Positions 33,401-46,625 of a DNA stretch of 64,000 nt are shown piece after piece. Below the pieces are notes generated by a model. The model had not been told where the DNA came from. It saw only the letters and a list, made by a program, of their open reading frames with translations, and searched no databases. Position 1 is the stretch's first letter; each line of letters begins with the position of its first letter. The stretch lies in contig JAPMXV010000020.1 of NCBI GenBank assembly GCA_026936335.1, positions 192,128 through 256,127 of the forward strand. The letters are read 5' to 3'. Origin of the DNA: Mantamonas sphyraenae STR306 (lineage: Eukaryota > Protista > CRuMs). Position numbers and translations under genes: made by a program.

Positions 33401-36400
33401 CGAGCAAGGCGTGGCGCACGGTGTTCAACAGCGTGCTGCTGCCGGATAGCCTGGCGCAACAAGTGCTGCTGCAAGCGACCACTAGCATCCTGCCGGAGCA
33501 CGTGCTGTCCAAGTTTTCAAAGGAGGCGCGTTCTGAGCTGGCAACGCGTGCGCTGGAGATTGTGTTTCGCTGCTACAAGCACGACGAGAGCGAAGGCAAG
33601 GTGGTTGCGTCTGCGCCTCTGAAGGCAATGTTGCCTGCGCTGAAAGCAGGCAACACGGCGCGGTTCCCTGGGTGCTGGGCAAAGCTGGTGACGGTGTTGG
33701 TGTCGAGTGAATCGATCCCGGGGCCCGTGCGTGGCATCCTCAACAGCCGGACGTCGGTGGATGCACCGATGCCTGTGCAGCTGCTGTGTGACATGCATGA
33801 TGTGTTGGTGCAGAACAAGGCCAAGGTTGTGGAGGACGTGGCGTCGGACAAGGAGGCGACGCTGAACCTGATCCAACACATGCTCACGTCGGCAATCATG
33901 ACGGCGTCAACGATTTCGTCGGCACGGTCGGCGGACCACCTGTTTCCGCCTGAGCTGGCCAAGGCGATTGTGCGGAGCGCATGTGAACGGTCTATGGAGC
34001 AGATCTTTTCGCTTGTGCTGGAACCACTGCTGCAGGGAGCAGAGTTGCGGCCTGTGCTTGCGTCGCTGGTGCGCGCGACGATCGGTCACCCGAGCATGCG
34101 CAGCGAGATGATGGATGCGTTGTCGGCCAAGCTGGACAAATGCGCAGGTGTGTTTCGTGAGGAATTGGTGTCGACGATTGACGCGCGTATGGGCAACATT
34201 GTGGTGGAAGACTCGATCTGGAGGGCCCTGATTGGCGTGTGCGGCAAGCCGCCATCTTCGAGTGGGATCTCTGGAATGTTTTCGTCGTCGTCGTCGTCGT
34301 CGAGCAATACGATCGCGATGGACGATTTGTCTGGGCCGGAACCGAGTGCGCCGGCAGCGCGTGCGTCATTGAAGGCGTACCTGAAGATTAAGAGCAAGGG
34401 CAAGGACCTGCTGCGGGAGTTGGTGGTTGCTTTGGCTCAGGAGTTGCTCGGGGCCATTGATGCACAGACACTGCTGCGGGTGTTTCTGCAGGATGCGGCG
34501 GAGGCTGAGTCGCTGGACCGATCGTCGGTGTCGTTGGTGACGCGCATCATGCAGCTGTTTGAGCCGGACGAACAGCAGCAAACACGTGCGCAGAAGCTGA
34601 TGGGCGACACGAGCTCGCAGCCGCAGGCGCCGTCGCGCTCGCTGCAGGATGTGTTTGGTGCGGCGCTGCAGAGCGCGTTTGGAAAGGGACCTCCGTCGCC
34701 GCCGGATGAGGAGGCGGTGAAGGCGCTGGTGGTGGCAGTGATCCCTGTGGTGACGCATGGAAGACAGGGGATTGTGGAAGCTGCTGTGAACAGTGTGCTG
34801 CCACACATGGAGCCTCCGGCGGAGGTGAGTGTGGACTGGGCCGGGTTGATGGCGGAGTTGGTGAGCGCGATCGACTCGCAGCGTCTGCTGGACAAGTTTA
34901 ACCTGACGGTTTTGCTGCAAGAGCGGCTGCAGAACGACGATGCGCTTGGCGGAGTGATCCACAAGCGGCTTGCGAACAAGCTGTTTGCGCTTGTGGAGCT
35001 TGCTGACCCAGCGGCGAAAGTTCAGTTTGCGCTGGCAGTGCTGGAACACAAGCACAGATACGTGGCGCAAGTTGTGGAATTGCTGGAGCCGCACTCAGTG
35101 GTGCTGGACTTTGGGCGGACGTTGGCGACGCAGGCTCTGTTTTGGAACAAGTCTGTGAAGCGGATCATGGGCCCGGAAAACACGGCGTTGTCGGCGTCGC
35201 AGCTGTTGCAATCGTTTGACAAGGCGTTCCGTGCGCATTTCAACGCACAGCTGAAACAGTGGCAGAAACTGGACGCGGTGGCGTACCTGCAGCACGGGTT
35301 CAGTGCGCTGAGCCAGCAGACTCTTGCGTCGAATCTGAACCACGTGCTGTCGCAGTTCCTCGTGCAAACGGCAGTGCAGCAGCTGGAACGGACGGTGACC
35401 GAGTCTGGGAATGGCAAGGCGACGCAAGTGGCGCAGCGGGTGTGGCAGGCGTTGAGTGAGCCGTTGCTCTCGACACCGCTGGGCGGGATGGTGACGTTTA
35501 TCGACACGGCCAAGTCTCAGCTTGTGGGCGACGAGCGATTCTTCAAAGAGCTGCTGCAGGCGCTGTTTGAGGCGCTTGGAGAGCAGATGAGCACGGACAA
35601 CGAGGGCATGGGGGAAGTGCCGCAAGGAAACATCGGGGAACACATCCAGACGCTTCTGTCGCAGCACCTGCAGAGTTTGGACGCGACGAAGCTGCTGACG
35701 CGTTTGGTGATGCGTATGCTGTCGATGGTGTTTCCTCTGAAAGTGCTGCACTCGATCATGGAGCTGCCCGTGGTGGTGCGCAACGACCCGGTGAATTTTG
35801 TGCCTGTGGCGATGCGGACGGTGCTTGAGGTTGTGGATGTGGAATCGATGGCCACGCGACTGCTGTCACCACTGGCGACGGAGATGCTTGTGTCGAATTT
35901 GGGCACGGCGTCGCAGAAGCACTTTCGGGCCAACCTGGCACAGCACGCGGTCGCGTTCCGCGGCCACCTGGGCCAGGTGGTGGCGACGATCAGCCAGAAG
36001 CAGCTGTCGACACAGGCAATGAGTCGGTTGGTGGCAGATATGCGGGAGCGTGCACAGCGGACTGCGGGCGTGCGGATGTTTGAGGGCACTCTTGCGTTGC
36101 TGCAGGAGCAGGCCGAGGCTGTGTATGCGGCAGAGCAGCATGCAGAGAACAAAAAGGAAGTGAAGAGCGAGGCGGGAGCGGGCGAGGTGGCTGGGTTGGA
36201 GAGCGGGGCAGCGCCTGTGGAGGGGCCGATCACGCGCTCGCTTGTGGAGGCGTTTATTACGGCCGAGTTTGGGGCGCAGTTTGCGGAGATTGCGGCGCGT
36301 GTGGACCCTGCACGTCTGTTGGGTGGACAAGTGCACTCTGTGGAGGAGCTGTCGCAACACGTGGTGCAGACGGTGGTGCACAGCGTGACGGGGGAGGACT

Positions 36401-39400
36401 GGGCGCGTTTTGGTGCACAGAGCATGCGTTCGATGGCGAAGCGTGCGACACACGGACAGCTTCAGCTTCTGATTCAGGTGCTGCCGCCTGTGGCGGACCT
36501 TGTCAAGGCGAACGAGGAGGCGCTGAAGGAGAAAAGCACGTGGCATTTTGCAAAGCACCACACACAAACGGTGTACAAGGCGTTCTTGGACGACACGGCG
36601 CGGCTGCAGCCTCTGATGGAACTGTTTGCGGAGCCTGCCAATGCCCAGAGCATCAGCGCGGGATTGAACTCGTTCTTTGCGGCAGAAATGCCTGAATTCG
36701 CGGCGCAGCTTCGATTGAACACGAATTTTGACGCGGAACTGAGCGCACAACACAGCGCAGAGATGGTAGAGGCGCTGCACAATGCATGCAAGGCGGTGGA
36801 GGTCGTGCAAAAGGTGATCAAGGCAGCTGCACGCGGATCTGGGCAGATGCCGATGGAGCGCTGGAACGCGGTGGTAGACGCAGCGGCAAAGAACACCAAT
36901 GCATCTGCGCTGCTGCACACGTTGGCAGACACGGTGCTGTCGCACACGGGCGCGGTGCACGACCAGATTTTGGAGCGTGTCGAGGCAGCACGTGCGGCGA
37001 CGGCGAGGGAGTTTGTGAAACAGCGGGAGACGCTGCAACATGCAGTGTTGCCGCTGTTGCCGCTGCTGCACGAGGTGGCAGCGACTCAGGTGCGCAAGGA
37101 CATTGATGAGAGGTTTACTCTGAACGAAGAGGTTGCGACAGAGTACGTGCAAGCGGCTCTGGAGTACGTGCAGGTGGGAGCCAAGCTGCAGCACATTTTG
37201 CCGCGGGTGAACTTTGGAGAGATTGACGACGTGCGATACATTGTGCAGGTGACACTCGAGTCTGTGTCTGCGGCGTTCCGCAAGCACGCAGAGGAGCCGG
37301 AATGGAACGCAGTGGAGTGGATGGCGGAAGCAGTTTCGCTGAGCGGGAAGCCGCTGAGTAGTGCGCGTCTGATGGGCGTGGCGAAGGAGATGTCACATGT
37401 GTTGGCGTGGGAGGTGCAGCGAGACGTGGTGGCCGAGTCGCTGACGGCATTGCTGCGTGTACTGCAGTCGAGCAACAGCATGGTGCGTCTGTCAAAGGCG
37501 ATCATGGAGGACGTGAAGGAGTTTGTGGCTGGGCAAACGTCTGCCATCAGCCGATTGACGTTTGAGCGTCGCTTTGCGCAACAGGAGTTTGTGCCGATTG
37601 TGGCTCGGCACATCATCGGGGCGCTGGGGGAGAGCCAGCACCAGCTTGTGTGTGAGTGGGCGCTGGCGTGCGTGTCTGTGACGACGGACGCGCGGGTGGA
37701 ACTGGTGACGGCGGACATGCTGGGATACCTTGGGCCGACACTTGCGGAGCTGTTGCCTCGCACGCAAGGGGCGCTTGGACAGCACATGCGAGACACGCTT
37801 GTGTCTGAAGAACCAGAGGATATGTTGGTGCGTGCGTTGGGTTCCGTGGGCGAGGCGATGCAGACACAGCTGTACGCGGTGTTTATGCACATGGACGAGA
37901 TCAAAGCGGGCTTTGTGCGTGAGCTTGTTCACCACTTCCGCAAGGATGTGTTTGCGGCGATCGAGTATGGGGACGACCACTCGCTGTGCACGTGGTTGTC
38001 AGGGATCACGGGCGTGGCGGTTGGCCCCGATGGAATCATTGAGCGTGCAGATGTGGCGGCAGCGGACGAGGAAGCAGAGGAGGAGGAGGAGGAGGAGCAG
38101 GGTGAGGGTGACTGGGCGCCGCTACGTGGTGTGATTACGGTGCTTCGTGCGCACAACTCGCTGTATGGGTTGGAAACGCGCAACGACAGGCAAGAGATTT
38201 TGCGGGCGCTGCTGACGGGATTGTGCGAGGCGTACGTGGAGGAGGAGGAGAATCTGCGGGACATTGAGCCGCTGCTGTTTAGCAACAAGAAGCACAAGGG
38301 CGGCCTGTTCCACCGAGAGTTTGTGCGCACGCTTGTGTCTCGCGTGGATGCGATGCGTGTGGTGGAGGTGTTTGCGCGTGCAGTTGTGAGCAAGCTGGGA
38401 GCCAACTCGGGCGAACCCGGACGTGCGGCGTCGAGGCAAGTGCGCAACACGATGGCTGTGGGCGACCCGTCGCTTACACTGACGGCGTCGTATGTGAGGT
38501 CGTGGAACCCGTCGTGTGGAGCAATGGTGGAGGCGGTGGCAAGCGCCGTGGAGGAACAGTTGGACGACGGGGAGAAGGAGGCGTTGGTGCAGACCGTGCT
38601 GAGCGCCCTGTCGACACTGAAGTACCCTGTGGCGGGCGGGAAGCGACGCACAGTGACGGAAGAGGCGCAGGTGTTGGAGTACGCCGTGGCAGGGGCAGCG
38701 GAAAACCGGGGTGTGACGCGAGACTTGACGCGGTCACTGGTGTCTGTGCTTCGCAGCGTGGCGTCTGCATCTGAGGATGACGAGTTGATTGCGGCGACAG
38801 GGGCATTGTCCGAAGAGTTGACGCCTGCGTACGAGGCGGTGCTCGCTCTGGAGGCATTGCGCAGCGTGCAGGCACACGTTGAGGTGCTCGTGGTGGATGT
38901 TGGGGCAGAGGCGGAGGGCCATAGGCTGGTTGATTGCAAAGTGGACGGCGTGTCGGAAGGAAGGGTTGTGAGTGTGGTTGTGAAGGAGGGAGAGGAGGGC
39001 CAATTGCTGCAGCAGCTTGCGAGGAACGCTGTGCAAGTGCTGTCGCTTCCTGGAATGGCGGTACAGCTGCTCGTGAGTGCCAAGTTGGATGCACAACAGC
39101 TGTATGTGCAGACGGAGAAGTTGTGGAGCAGCCCTGTGGGCGACGCGATGATTGATGGGACGGCGGAGTTGGCGGGTGGTGGTCGTGTGGATGAGGTGGA
39201 GGAAGTGGAAGTGGCCGCAGAGGAGGAGGGAGAGGGGGAGGAGGAGGAGGAGGAAGATGAGTGGGGCTTCTTCCAGCAGCAGTTTGAGCAGCAGGATGTG
39301 GGTGCGCTTGCAAAGGCGGCGGTGCGTGTCGTGCCTCTGATTGAGAGATACGCGCTGCGTGTGGTGCCGCAAGAGATGGCTGCGTTTGTGCAGGAACAGC

Positions 39401-42400
39401 CTCTGCCGGAGGGGTGCGTGCGTGAGCTGCTGACGCGGCTGGTGGACGAGCTTGAGGCGTCGCCGCTGTCGTTTGTGGGAGCACAAATGCGAGAGCAGAT
39501 GAAGTCGCTGGAACAGGTGCTGAGCAGTCCGTCTATGCACAAATCGATTCGTGCGACGGTGGTGGACAAGGTGTTGTTGGGAGTGGCGAATGTGACGAAC
39601 GGAGACGAGGTGATTGTGCGTGTGCTGGGTGGATTGAGGGGATCGACGTCGATCCTGGACGCATCTGTGTTGCAGAGGGTGTTTGCGAAAATGCTGTCGT
39701 CGGTGGACACGATGAAGATCCTGCAGGAGCTGTTTGTGGAAATGGCGTCGTCGGTGGTTCCGTTTGCGCTGCTTGCGCGCATGTTTGACTTGCTGGACAG
39801 TGGACACACACGTGTGGCGGAGGCAGAGGGAGGAAACGGATGCTTTGGATCGTGGTGCGGCGGTGCAACGGTGCAGGAGGCAGAGGGGGCGCCGGCGGAG
39901 ATGGACGAACAGTCGATGAAGGAGTTTGCCAAGCTGCTGGCGACGACGGCGCTGAAGGTGATGCAGGTGGACCCGCAGCTTGTGGTGCGTCAGACGGTGG
40001 GCGACCTGGCAGCGATCCTGCCTGTGGACACTGTGCTCTCGGACGTGCGGTCACGTATGCGCAACTCAAGCCGGCACTTTTTCGCAAACCTGAAGGTCAT
40101 GGCGACGCGTGCGCTGCACGAGATCCCGAGCGAGGAGCCGTTGGCAAAGTGCCGCCGATTGCTTGTGGCAGTGATGTCTGCAAACGGGGACGGTGCGGCA
40201 GCGGAGGAGCTGAGCCGGGACCAGCTGATGCGCGTGTGTGAGGCCATGGTGGAACGAGTGTTTGAGGCGTTGCGCAACGTGTCTGGAAGCCGAATGGTGC
40301 TTGTGGAAGCACTGGGAGAAGGGAAGGTGCAAGAGGTTGTGGAGCGAGCGATGGAAATGGTGGACGCAAAGGCACTTGTGCGTGGGGCGGTTGCGGACGC
40401 GTGGGAAACGCTGCTTGCGCCGGTTCTGGAGGAGAGGGAAGAGATGAGCGAGATTGTGGAGGAGGTTGTGCGCTGGTGGCCGCATATCCAACAGCTGGAG
40501 ATGAACTACGTGCGCAGCATGCCGCGTGGGGTGAGCGGGGGAGCGGCGGTGGAGCTTGTGCAAGCGACGGTTGTGGACACGAGGGACGTGATGCTGCAGA
40601 TGGCGCTGGACGAGATACACGGCAGCGACTTGCCAATTCCGAGTGACAGCGAGGAGGAGGAAGAAGAGGAGGTGGAGGTGGAGGTGGACGAGGTGGCTGT
40701 GGGTGTGGACGAAGCGAGTGAGGAGTTTGCGGCGGAGGACGTCCAGGCAGTGATGAGGCAGTGTGTATGCGGCGCAGATGTTGCTGGACGCCTGTTGAAG
40801 GCGCATGGAGGAGAGGTGGAGGCGGCGGTTGCGGGTGTGCCTGTGCTGAAGGCGGAGGAGGTGCCGTACGCGATGAATGTGGAGGGCCTGCAGGAGAGTG
40901 TGATGGAGGACCTGAAGGTACAGCTGTTTGCATGCATGTCGGATGCGTGGATGGTGCCGAGCTCGTTGGTGGACGTGTTTGAACGGTTTTGGGAGGTGTT
41001 TGCACGTGCGGTGGACGAGGGGGCGGTTATGGAAGAGGTGAGCCGTGCTGTGACGGCCGGGGTGGTGAGTCCGACGGGGTGGAGTGTGGATGCGGCCAAG
41101 GGCACGGTGCACACGTGTGTGGTGAAGATGTACGAGCAGGTGTTTGACGTGCGGCGGGTTGTGGAGAATGCGTCGGAAGATGAGGTGGAACAGCTGGTGC
41201 CGTACCTGGGAGCGGTGTTTGTGGAAGAACGGCTGGAGACGGCGCTGTCTGTGGTGGCGATGCCGACAGGGAGCGGAAACGCGACGAATCTTGTGCATGG
41301 GGTGTTTGCGGCGGTGGGAGACACGGTGTCGAAGGAGACGATGGAGAGTGCGGTGGAGCAGCTGATGGAGAATCTGGGGATGTCGATGCTCACGGATGTG
41401 GTTGCGCCGGTGGACGAGTCGATGCGGTCGGAGAAGTACGGAGCGGCTGTGTCGCAGCTGTTTGTGGAGCAAGTGAACAGGCTGCGACGTGGGCTGGAAG
41501 GCGGGCCGCTGCACTTTTTGAGCGAGGCTCTGGGGACGGAGGAGGTGCAGGGACAACTGGAGCAGGTTGTGCCTGCGGTGCTGAGCCGAGTGATGACGAC
41601 GGCGGTGGGGCTGCTGTCGAAGCCGGAGGCGTACGAATTTGTGCGGAGCAAGGTGCTGGGAGTGGGAAGTGCATCGCGTCTGGACAGCGTGAGCTTCACG
41701 GAAGCGCTGTTGCGTGTGGTGCCGCCGGAGGAGCTTATGCACGAGTTTATCCGCTCGCTTTTTGTGATGGTGTCGTCACCGCTGGAGATGATTGCGCATC
41801 AGAAGCTTGCGCCCGTGCTGGCGTCGCTGAACGAACGCCGCGTGCGCAAGGACCTTGTGCGGCGCGTGCACCAGACGCAGGAGCAGCTGACGGCAAACCT
41901 GTTTGCAAAGTTGGAGGAGCTGCGTGGGATTGTGCCAAGCAGCGAGGCGAGCGTGGACGAAAAGACACTGCCTGGCCCGCTGCAACGTGTGTGGGGCCTT
42001 GTGCCGTGGGACGTGATGGACGCTGAGCTTCGGGGACGTGCTGTGAAGAGCATGCACGAAGGGCTGATGGATGCGGTGATGACAAAGGAGAACGCACACA
42101 CGGCGTTGCGCGGGGCAAAGGGGGGCCTGCCGGGGGTGGTTCGAGCAGCGGCGATGGCAGAGCCGTTGCACATGTGGGGGCGTATTGTGAAAGAGGCGGT
42201 GGTGCCTGTGTTGGAGCAGGGTCTGGAGTCGGAGGCATGGATGAGTGCGCTCGGGGCAGAGTGGGCACGGCTGGCGGACGAACTGGACTCGGAGAACAAG
42301 CGAAAGTACAAGGCTCGGCGACAGTTGCGCTCGACAAAGACGTCGCACAACCTGAACCGCAGGAGCCGAGGGGACTCGCTGGAGAAGGAGCGCAAGAAGG

Positions 42401-44424
42401 CCAAGGTTGTGTATCGGGAGACGATTATGGCGCGCACTGTGTCTCTGCTGGACACGCTTGCTCGCAAAGCCGGGCTGGCTGCGCTGGAAAACATCGAGAT
42501 GGGAGAGGAGGCTGTGGAGGAGATGCGTGTGGAGGTGGCCGGGATCGTGGAGGGGCTGTTTGAGGAAGTGGGTGCAGAGTACCTGCGTGCGCGCAGCGAC
42601 GGATACGGTTGGCTGTATGCGCTGTACCGTCTGGAAGCGGACCAACAACAGACGCTGGGCCGTCAGCTGGCCGGTGTGCTTGCGTCGTTGCCTGTGTTGG
42701 GGGAGCGCATTGCGGATTTGGTTGAGCGGGACGTGTGCGACCCATCGGACGTGCTGTGGGCGTTGCTTGGCGAAACGTGGCACGCAAGCATGAGTGTGCC
42801 GTTTGACGAAGAGACGGGCTACATCGAGAGCGGGTTTGTGCTGCCTGTGCTGACGCACGATCGTTTGTGGAGCGGAGTGGAGAGCGTGGTGGAGATGGTT
42901 GCCGGGAAACTGTGCGGGATGGACTCGTTGGAGCCGACGCTGAAGCGATTCTGCAGGTACGTGGCGGGCGGAGCAGGTGCAGTGCAGCTGACGGAGCAGG
43001 ACATCTTTTGGGAGGAGAGCGATGACTTTGTCGAGGACATGGAGCGGTGGTACACGAGGAAGTTTGCACACGGAGGAGTGAACGAGGAGATGCGAGAGAC
43101 GATGCGTGGTCTGGCTGTGAGGAGGCAGGAACAGGTGCTGAGCGACCGAGATGAGATGGATGGGTGGGCAAAGGAGTACGGGGTGCGTGACCCGGAGGTG
43201 GGTGTGTGCCTGCACTATCTGGATGAGACGCTGAAGGGGATGTGGGGGCTGTGCAGCAAGGCGGAGCTGATCGAGTGGATTGCGGAGGATGCGCTTCATG
43301 CGCTGCAGACGCCGAGCAGCAACGGGCCGGGAGCGGTGGAGTATGCGCACGAGATGTGGAAGAGCATGGAGAGCGGGATGGCCGACTGGCTGCGTCGTGC
43401 AAACACACAGTTTTGGGAGGTTGCGTGCGCAGAGGTGGAGGCGAGGCTGCAGCAGCTGGGACAAGAGGTAACGCAGCTGTTGGCGGTGCAGGGGATCCGT
43501 GCGGAAGAGTTGCAACTCGAGAGGCTGATGCAAGGATGGCTGGGGCAGGCTGACCTGCGGGGACTGTGCGTGGCGATGCTACAGCGGTCGTCGTATGCGC
43601 TTGTGCAGCAGACGCTGTTGGGAAGCGGCCCGGCACTGGTGGGTGCGGTGAAGGCGACGCTGACGGCGCCGGCAGACGGGGAAGTGGACCAGAACATGGT
43701 GCAGCACGCGTGGGAGATGATCAAATCGAACAAGAAGGCGATGGGAGAGATGTTGATCAAGGGTAGCCGGGAACTGCTGAGCAGGTACGCGGCGGAGAGC
43801 CAGGGGATGGTGCGTGGGATGGTTGCACAGAGCAAGCTGTCGATGCAAGCGGTGGCACAGATTCTGGGACCGGAAGCGAGTGGCCTGCTGGACGGCGTGC
43901 AGAGCAACCCGTATGTGAAGATGGTTGCGCGGCTGCTGGTGGACGTGAAGCGAAAGCTGGGCAATCCGCCGATTGCAGATGCGCAGTTGCGGGTCAAGGT
44001 GGCGGAGGTTGTGTTTAAGCGGCTGCTGAAGCGTGTGGAGGAGATCTTTGGGGTCAGCCAGGGGCAGATCGTGAAGACGATGTTTGTGGCGCTGGGCACG
44101 CTGAGTGGGGTGTTTGTGTTTATCTTTTTCGGGATCTCTGCGGTGAGCGGGCCCGGGACGGTGTTTGCCGTGGTCAACACGGCCATTGTGGGTGTGGCAG
44201 GCTTTGCAAACAACATGAAGGACAAGAAGGGGGACGACGACCAGCTGACGGTGAGTGACGGGGATGTGCAGAGTGGTGGCGGTGGGGTTCTCATGCAGAT
44301 GGTGCAGAATGCGATGGAGGGCTTGGTGGAGGAGGGAGGGGTGGTGTGGAATGGGATCGTCGATGAGATCTGCGCTGCGGTGAGGGAGGACGACGAGATG
44401 CGGGGGTTGTTGGGCGGAGTTTAG
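30435..44424 (+). CDS. Giant (~4600 aa) multipass membrane protein of unknown function; intron 32195-32312, probable 5' intron ending at 30545; start not resolved
   Basis: The 587-aa and 4044-aa ORFs join in frame through GTAAGT...CAG (GG+G = Gly). TM clusters lie near the N-terminus, at ~31.8-32.6 kb and at ~44.05-44.2 kb, separated by a long A/L/E/V-rich helical region. Confidence 0.8.
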
Positions 44425-46475
44425 GGGTTTGGCTGAATGAAGGATAGGATGCGATGGATGAGCTCGTCTGGGAGGGTCATCCACAGGGCTGTGGGTGTGT
44501 AGGCGTCCATGGAGCCGACGGTGAACATGATGTCGCGCTCGGTGGTGTTGATGAGGAGGGCGAGTTCGATGGCGGCGTCGGTGGCGTCGTTGTGCACAAG
44601 CCAGTGCGTGGAGTGGGACCAGTGGTGGGATCGTGCGCAGGAGATGGCTTGTGGGGATGGGCGAGCTCCCCATTCGCGCAAGAGATCGATCGCTGCGTTG
44701 CTGTGGTTGTCGACAGCTGCGTGCAATGGAGACGGATCAGTGCGCGCGTTTGCAGAGACGCCCCAGTCGTGGAGTGTGTGCATGGAGGATGTGTCGTTTC
44801 GGGAGCAGGCTTGCACAAAGAGAGTGGCTTGGGAGAGATTGCGCTGGACGAGCTGCTGGACATCGTCGTTGGCGATGCCCAAGAAAAGGCAGGTGCGGTT
44901 GGATTCAAGGGCTTGAAGCAGTTTCGCAATGCCTGGCTTGCCGATGTGTGCCCTGTGTCGGTCTAGACGCAGCTCCTGGAGCGTGGTGTTTGAGACAAGG
45001 ACCGAGGCCCACGCTGCGGCCAGGTCGTTGTCGATGCGGACCCCTTGCAGGGCAAGAACTTCCAATGTTGTGTTTTGAGTGAGAGCATCGGCTATGGAGG
45101 AGACGCCATCAGCACCAAGGTCGTTCTCGTCCAACAAAAGCTTGCGCAAAGAGGTATTGTGAACGAGGGCCGCCGCCAGGGCCTGTGCGCCCATGTCGTG
45201 GATGTGGTTGCGGTCCAATCGGAGCGTGTGCAGGGTGTGGCGATGTTGGATGACGTGTGCAATGGCCTCTGCACCGCAGGGAGAGAGATTTGTTTGGCCC
45301 ATGTCGAGGATTCGTACGGAGTTGTTTTCGAGCAACCCGTCGGCCAGAGCGCACACATCGTCATCGTCGAGAGGGCAGTGGCGGAGATGTAGTGATGTGA
45401 GCGAGGTGACTTGCTTCAGCGCGGAAGCAAGCTGGAAGCAGAGAGTGCCGGAAATGGGGAGTCTGTTTGCAGCAAGGGAAGAGAGCGTGGAGCCAAGGAG
45501 CAGCGAGTGCAGTTGCGGCATCTCGATAGGGTTACCGCTTAACATGAGGCTCTTCAGCGTGGTGTTGTTCTCGAGAGCCGCTGCCAGTTGGGATTTGTCG
45601 TCGGAGAAGGAGTTCCAGCCCAGGTCGAGCTCGGTGAGGGAAGAGTTGTCCTGCAGGGCGTTCAAGATGAGCCCTGCGCCTTCACAAAGCTGATTGGCAC
45701 TGAGGTGAAGGGTTTGAAGGGATGTGTTTTGGGTGAGGACCTGCGCAAAGGCTGGGGCGCATGTGGCGCCGGCTTCGTTGACGTTTAGATCCAATGAAAG
45801 GAGTGTGTGGTTGTGCGTGAGTGCGTCTGCAAGTGCCATTGCGCCTGTGGATTTGATGCGGTTGAGCTGGAGGTGGAGAGAGCGGAGAGTGTAGTTTTCG
45901 CGTAGGGCAGCGGCGAGAATGGTGGCCCCTTTGTCGCCGATGCCAAGAGAGGACAGGTAAAGGTGCCGGAGAGTGGTGTTTGCGGAAAGCTGGATGGCCC
46001 ACGCCTGTGCGGCGGCTGTGCGACCGAGATTTGCGCCGAGATCGATCGTTTCCACAGACGGAGCGAGCAACGGGGCCAAAGCGGCGACTGTGTCTTCGGA
46101 CAACATGTTGCTGCATAGGGAGATGTGGGTGATGGTGTGTTTGGATGTGGACAGGGCTTCGGCGAGACGGAGGACGGCGTTGTCTCCCGGCGTTGTGCCG
46201 ACAAGATCCAGGTGCTGGGGATGCAAGGTGAGATGTGAGAGAGGGGAAGGGGGAGGGGAAGGGGGAGGGGAACGGCAGGGGTAGCGGGTTACCTTGTTTG
46301 TGGTGGACTCGAGGGCAGTGCGCAAGTCGGCAAGGCTCGTGTTGGGTTGCCCTAGCAAAGACTGAATGGAGTCCTGGAGGGACTTGGGGAGGGGGGGGTG
46401 GGGGGGTAAGGAGATGGGGAAATGGGGGGGGGGGGGGGGGCGGGGGGGGAGGGGAAGGGTGGGCAGACTGACCAT
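44421..46475 (-). CDS. NLRC3/RI-like LRR array plus ankyrin and C-terminal F-box/SOCS-like motif; probable in-frame introns at ~46472-46375 and ~46292-46216
   Basis: About 14 NxxLxxLxLxxNxIgdxGAxxLAxAL repeats, SPLHAAV ankyrin, and WSHSTHW...NTTERD...GSMDAYTP...LPDELIHRILSFI. Confidence 0.85.
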   Translation of the reverse strand: MVSLPTLPLPPRPPPPPHFPISLPPHPPLPKSLQDSIQSLLGQPNTSLADLRTALESTTNKVTRYPCRSPPPSPPPSPLSHLTLHPQHLDLVGTTPGDNAVLRLAEALSTSKHTITHISLCSNMLSEDTVAALAPLLAPSVETIDLGANLGRTAAAQAWAIQLSANTTLRHLYLSSLGIGDKGATILAAALRENYTLRSLHLQLNRIKSTGAMALADALTHNHTLLSLDLNVNEAGATCAPAFAQVLTQNTSLQTLHLSANQLCEGAGLILNALQDNSSLTELDLGWNSFSDDKSQLAAALENNTTLKSLMLSGNPIEMPQLHSLLLGSTLSSLAANRLPISGTLCFQLASALKQVTSLTSLHLRHCPLDDDDVCALADGLLENNSVRILDMGQTNLSPCGAEAIAHVIQHRHTLHTLRLDRNHIHDMGAQALAAALVHNTSLRKLLLDENDLGADGVSSIADALTQNTTLEVLALQGVRIDNDLAAAWASVLVSNTTLQELRLDRHRAHIGKPGIAKLLQALESNRTCLFLGIANDDVQQLVQRNLSQATLFVQACSRNDTSSMHTLHDWGVSANARTDPSPLHAAVDNHSNAAIDLLREWGARPSPQAISCARSHHWSHSTHWLVHNDATDAAIELALLINTTERDIMFTVGSMDAYTPTALWMTLPDELIHRILSFIQPNP

Positions 46476-46625
46476 GGGTGGGGGGAGGTGGTGGTGTGGT
46501 TGGGGCAGCGGGTGGAGGCAGCGGGGTGATGAATGGCGTTGTTGGGAAATACGATGTGGCTTGTGGTGCTCTGTTGACACGTGTGGATGCAGGGTGACGG
46601 TGGTGGTGGTCGTGGGGGGTGCGCA

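Noticed and set aside
32700-44300. Many long antisense or alternative-frame ORFs here and elsewhere (e.g. 37929-39932, 41776-43533, 19794-21965, 13779-15683)
   Set aside because: Shadow ORFs of GC-rich, codon-biased genes; H/R/S-rich composition and no domain motifs.
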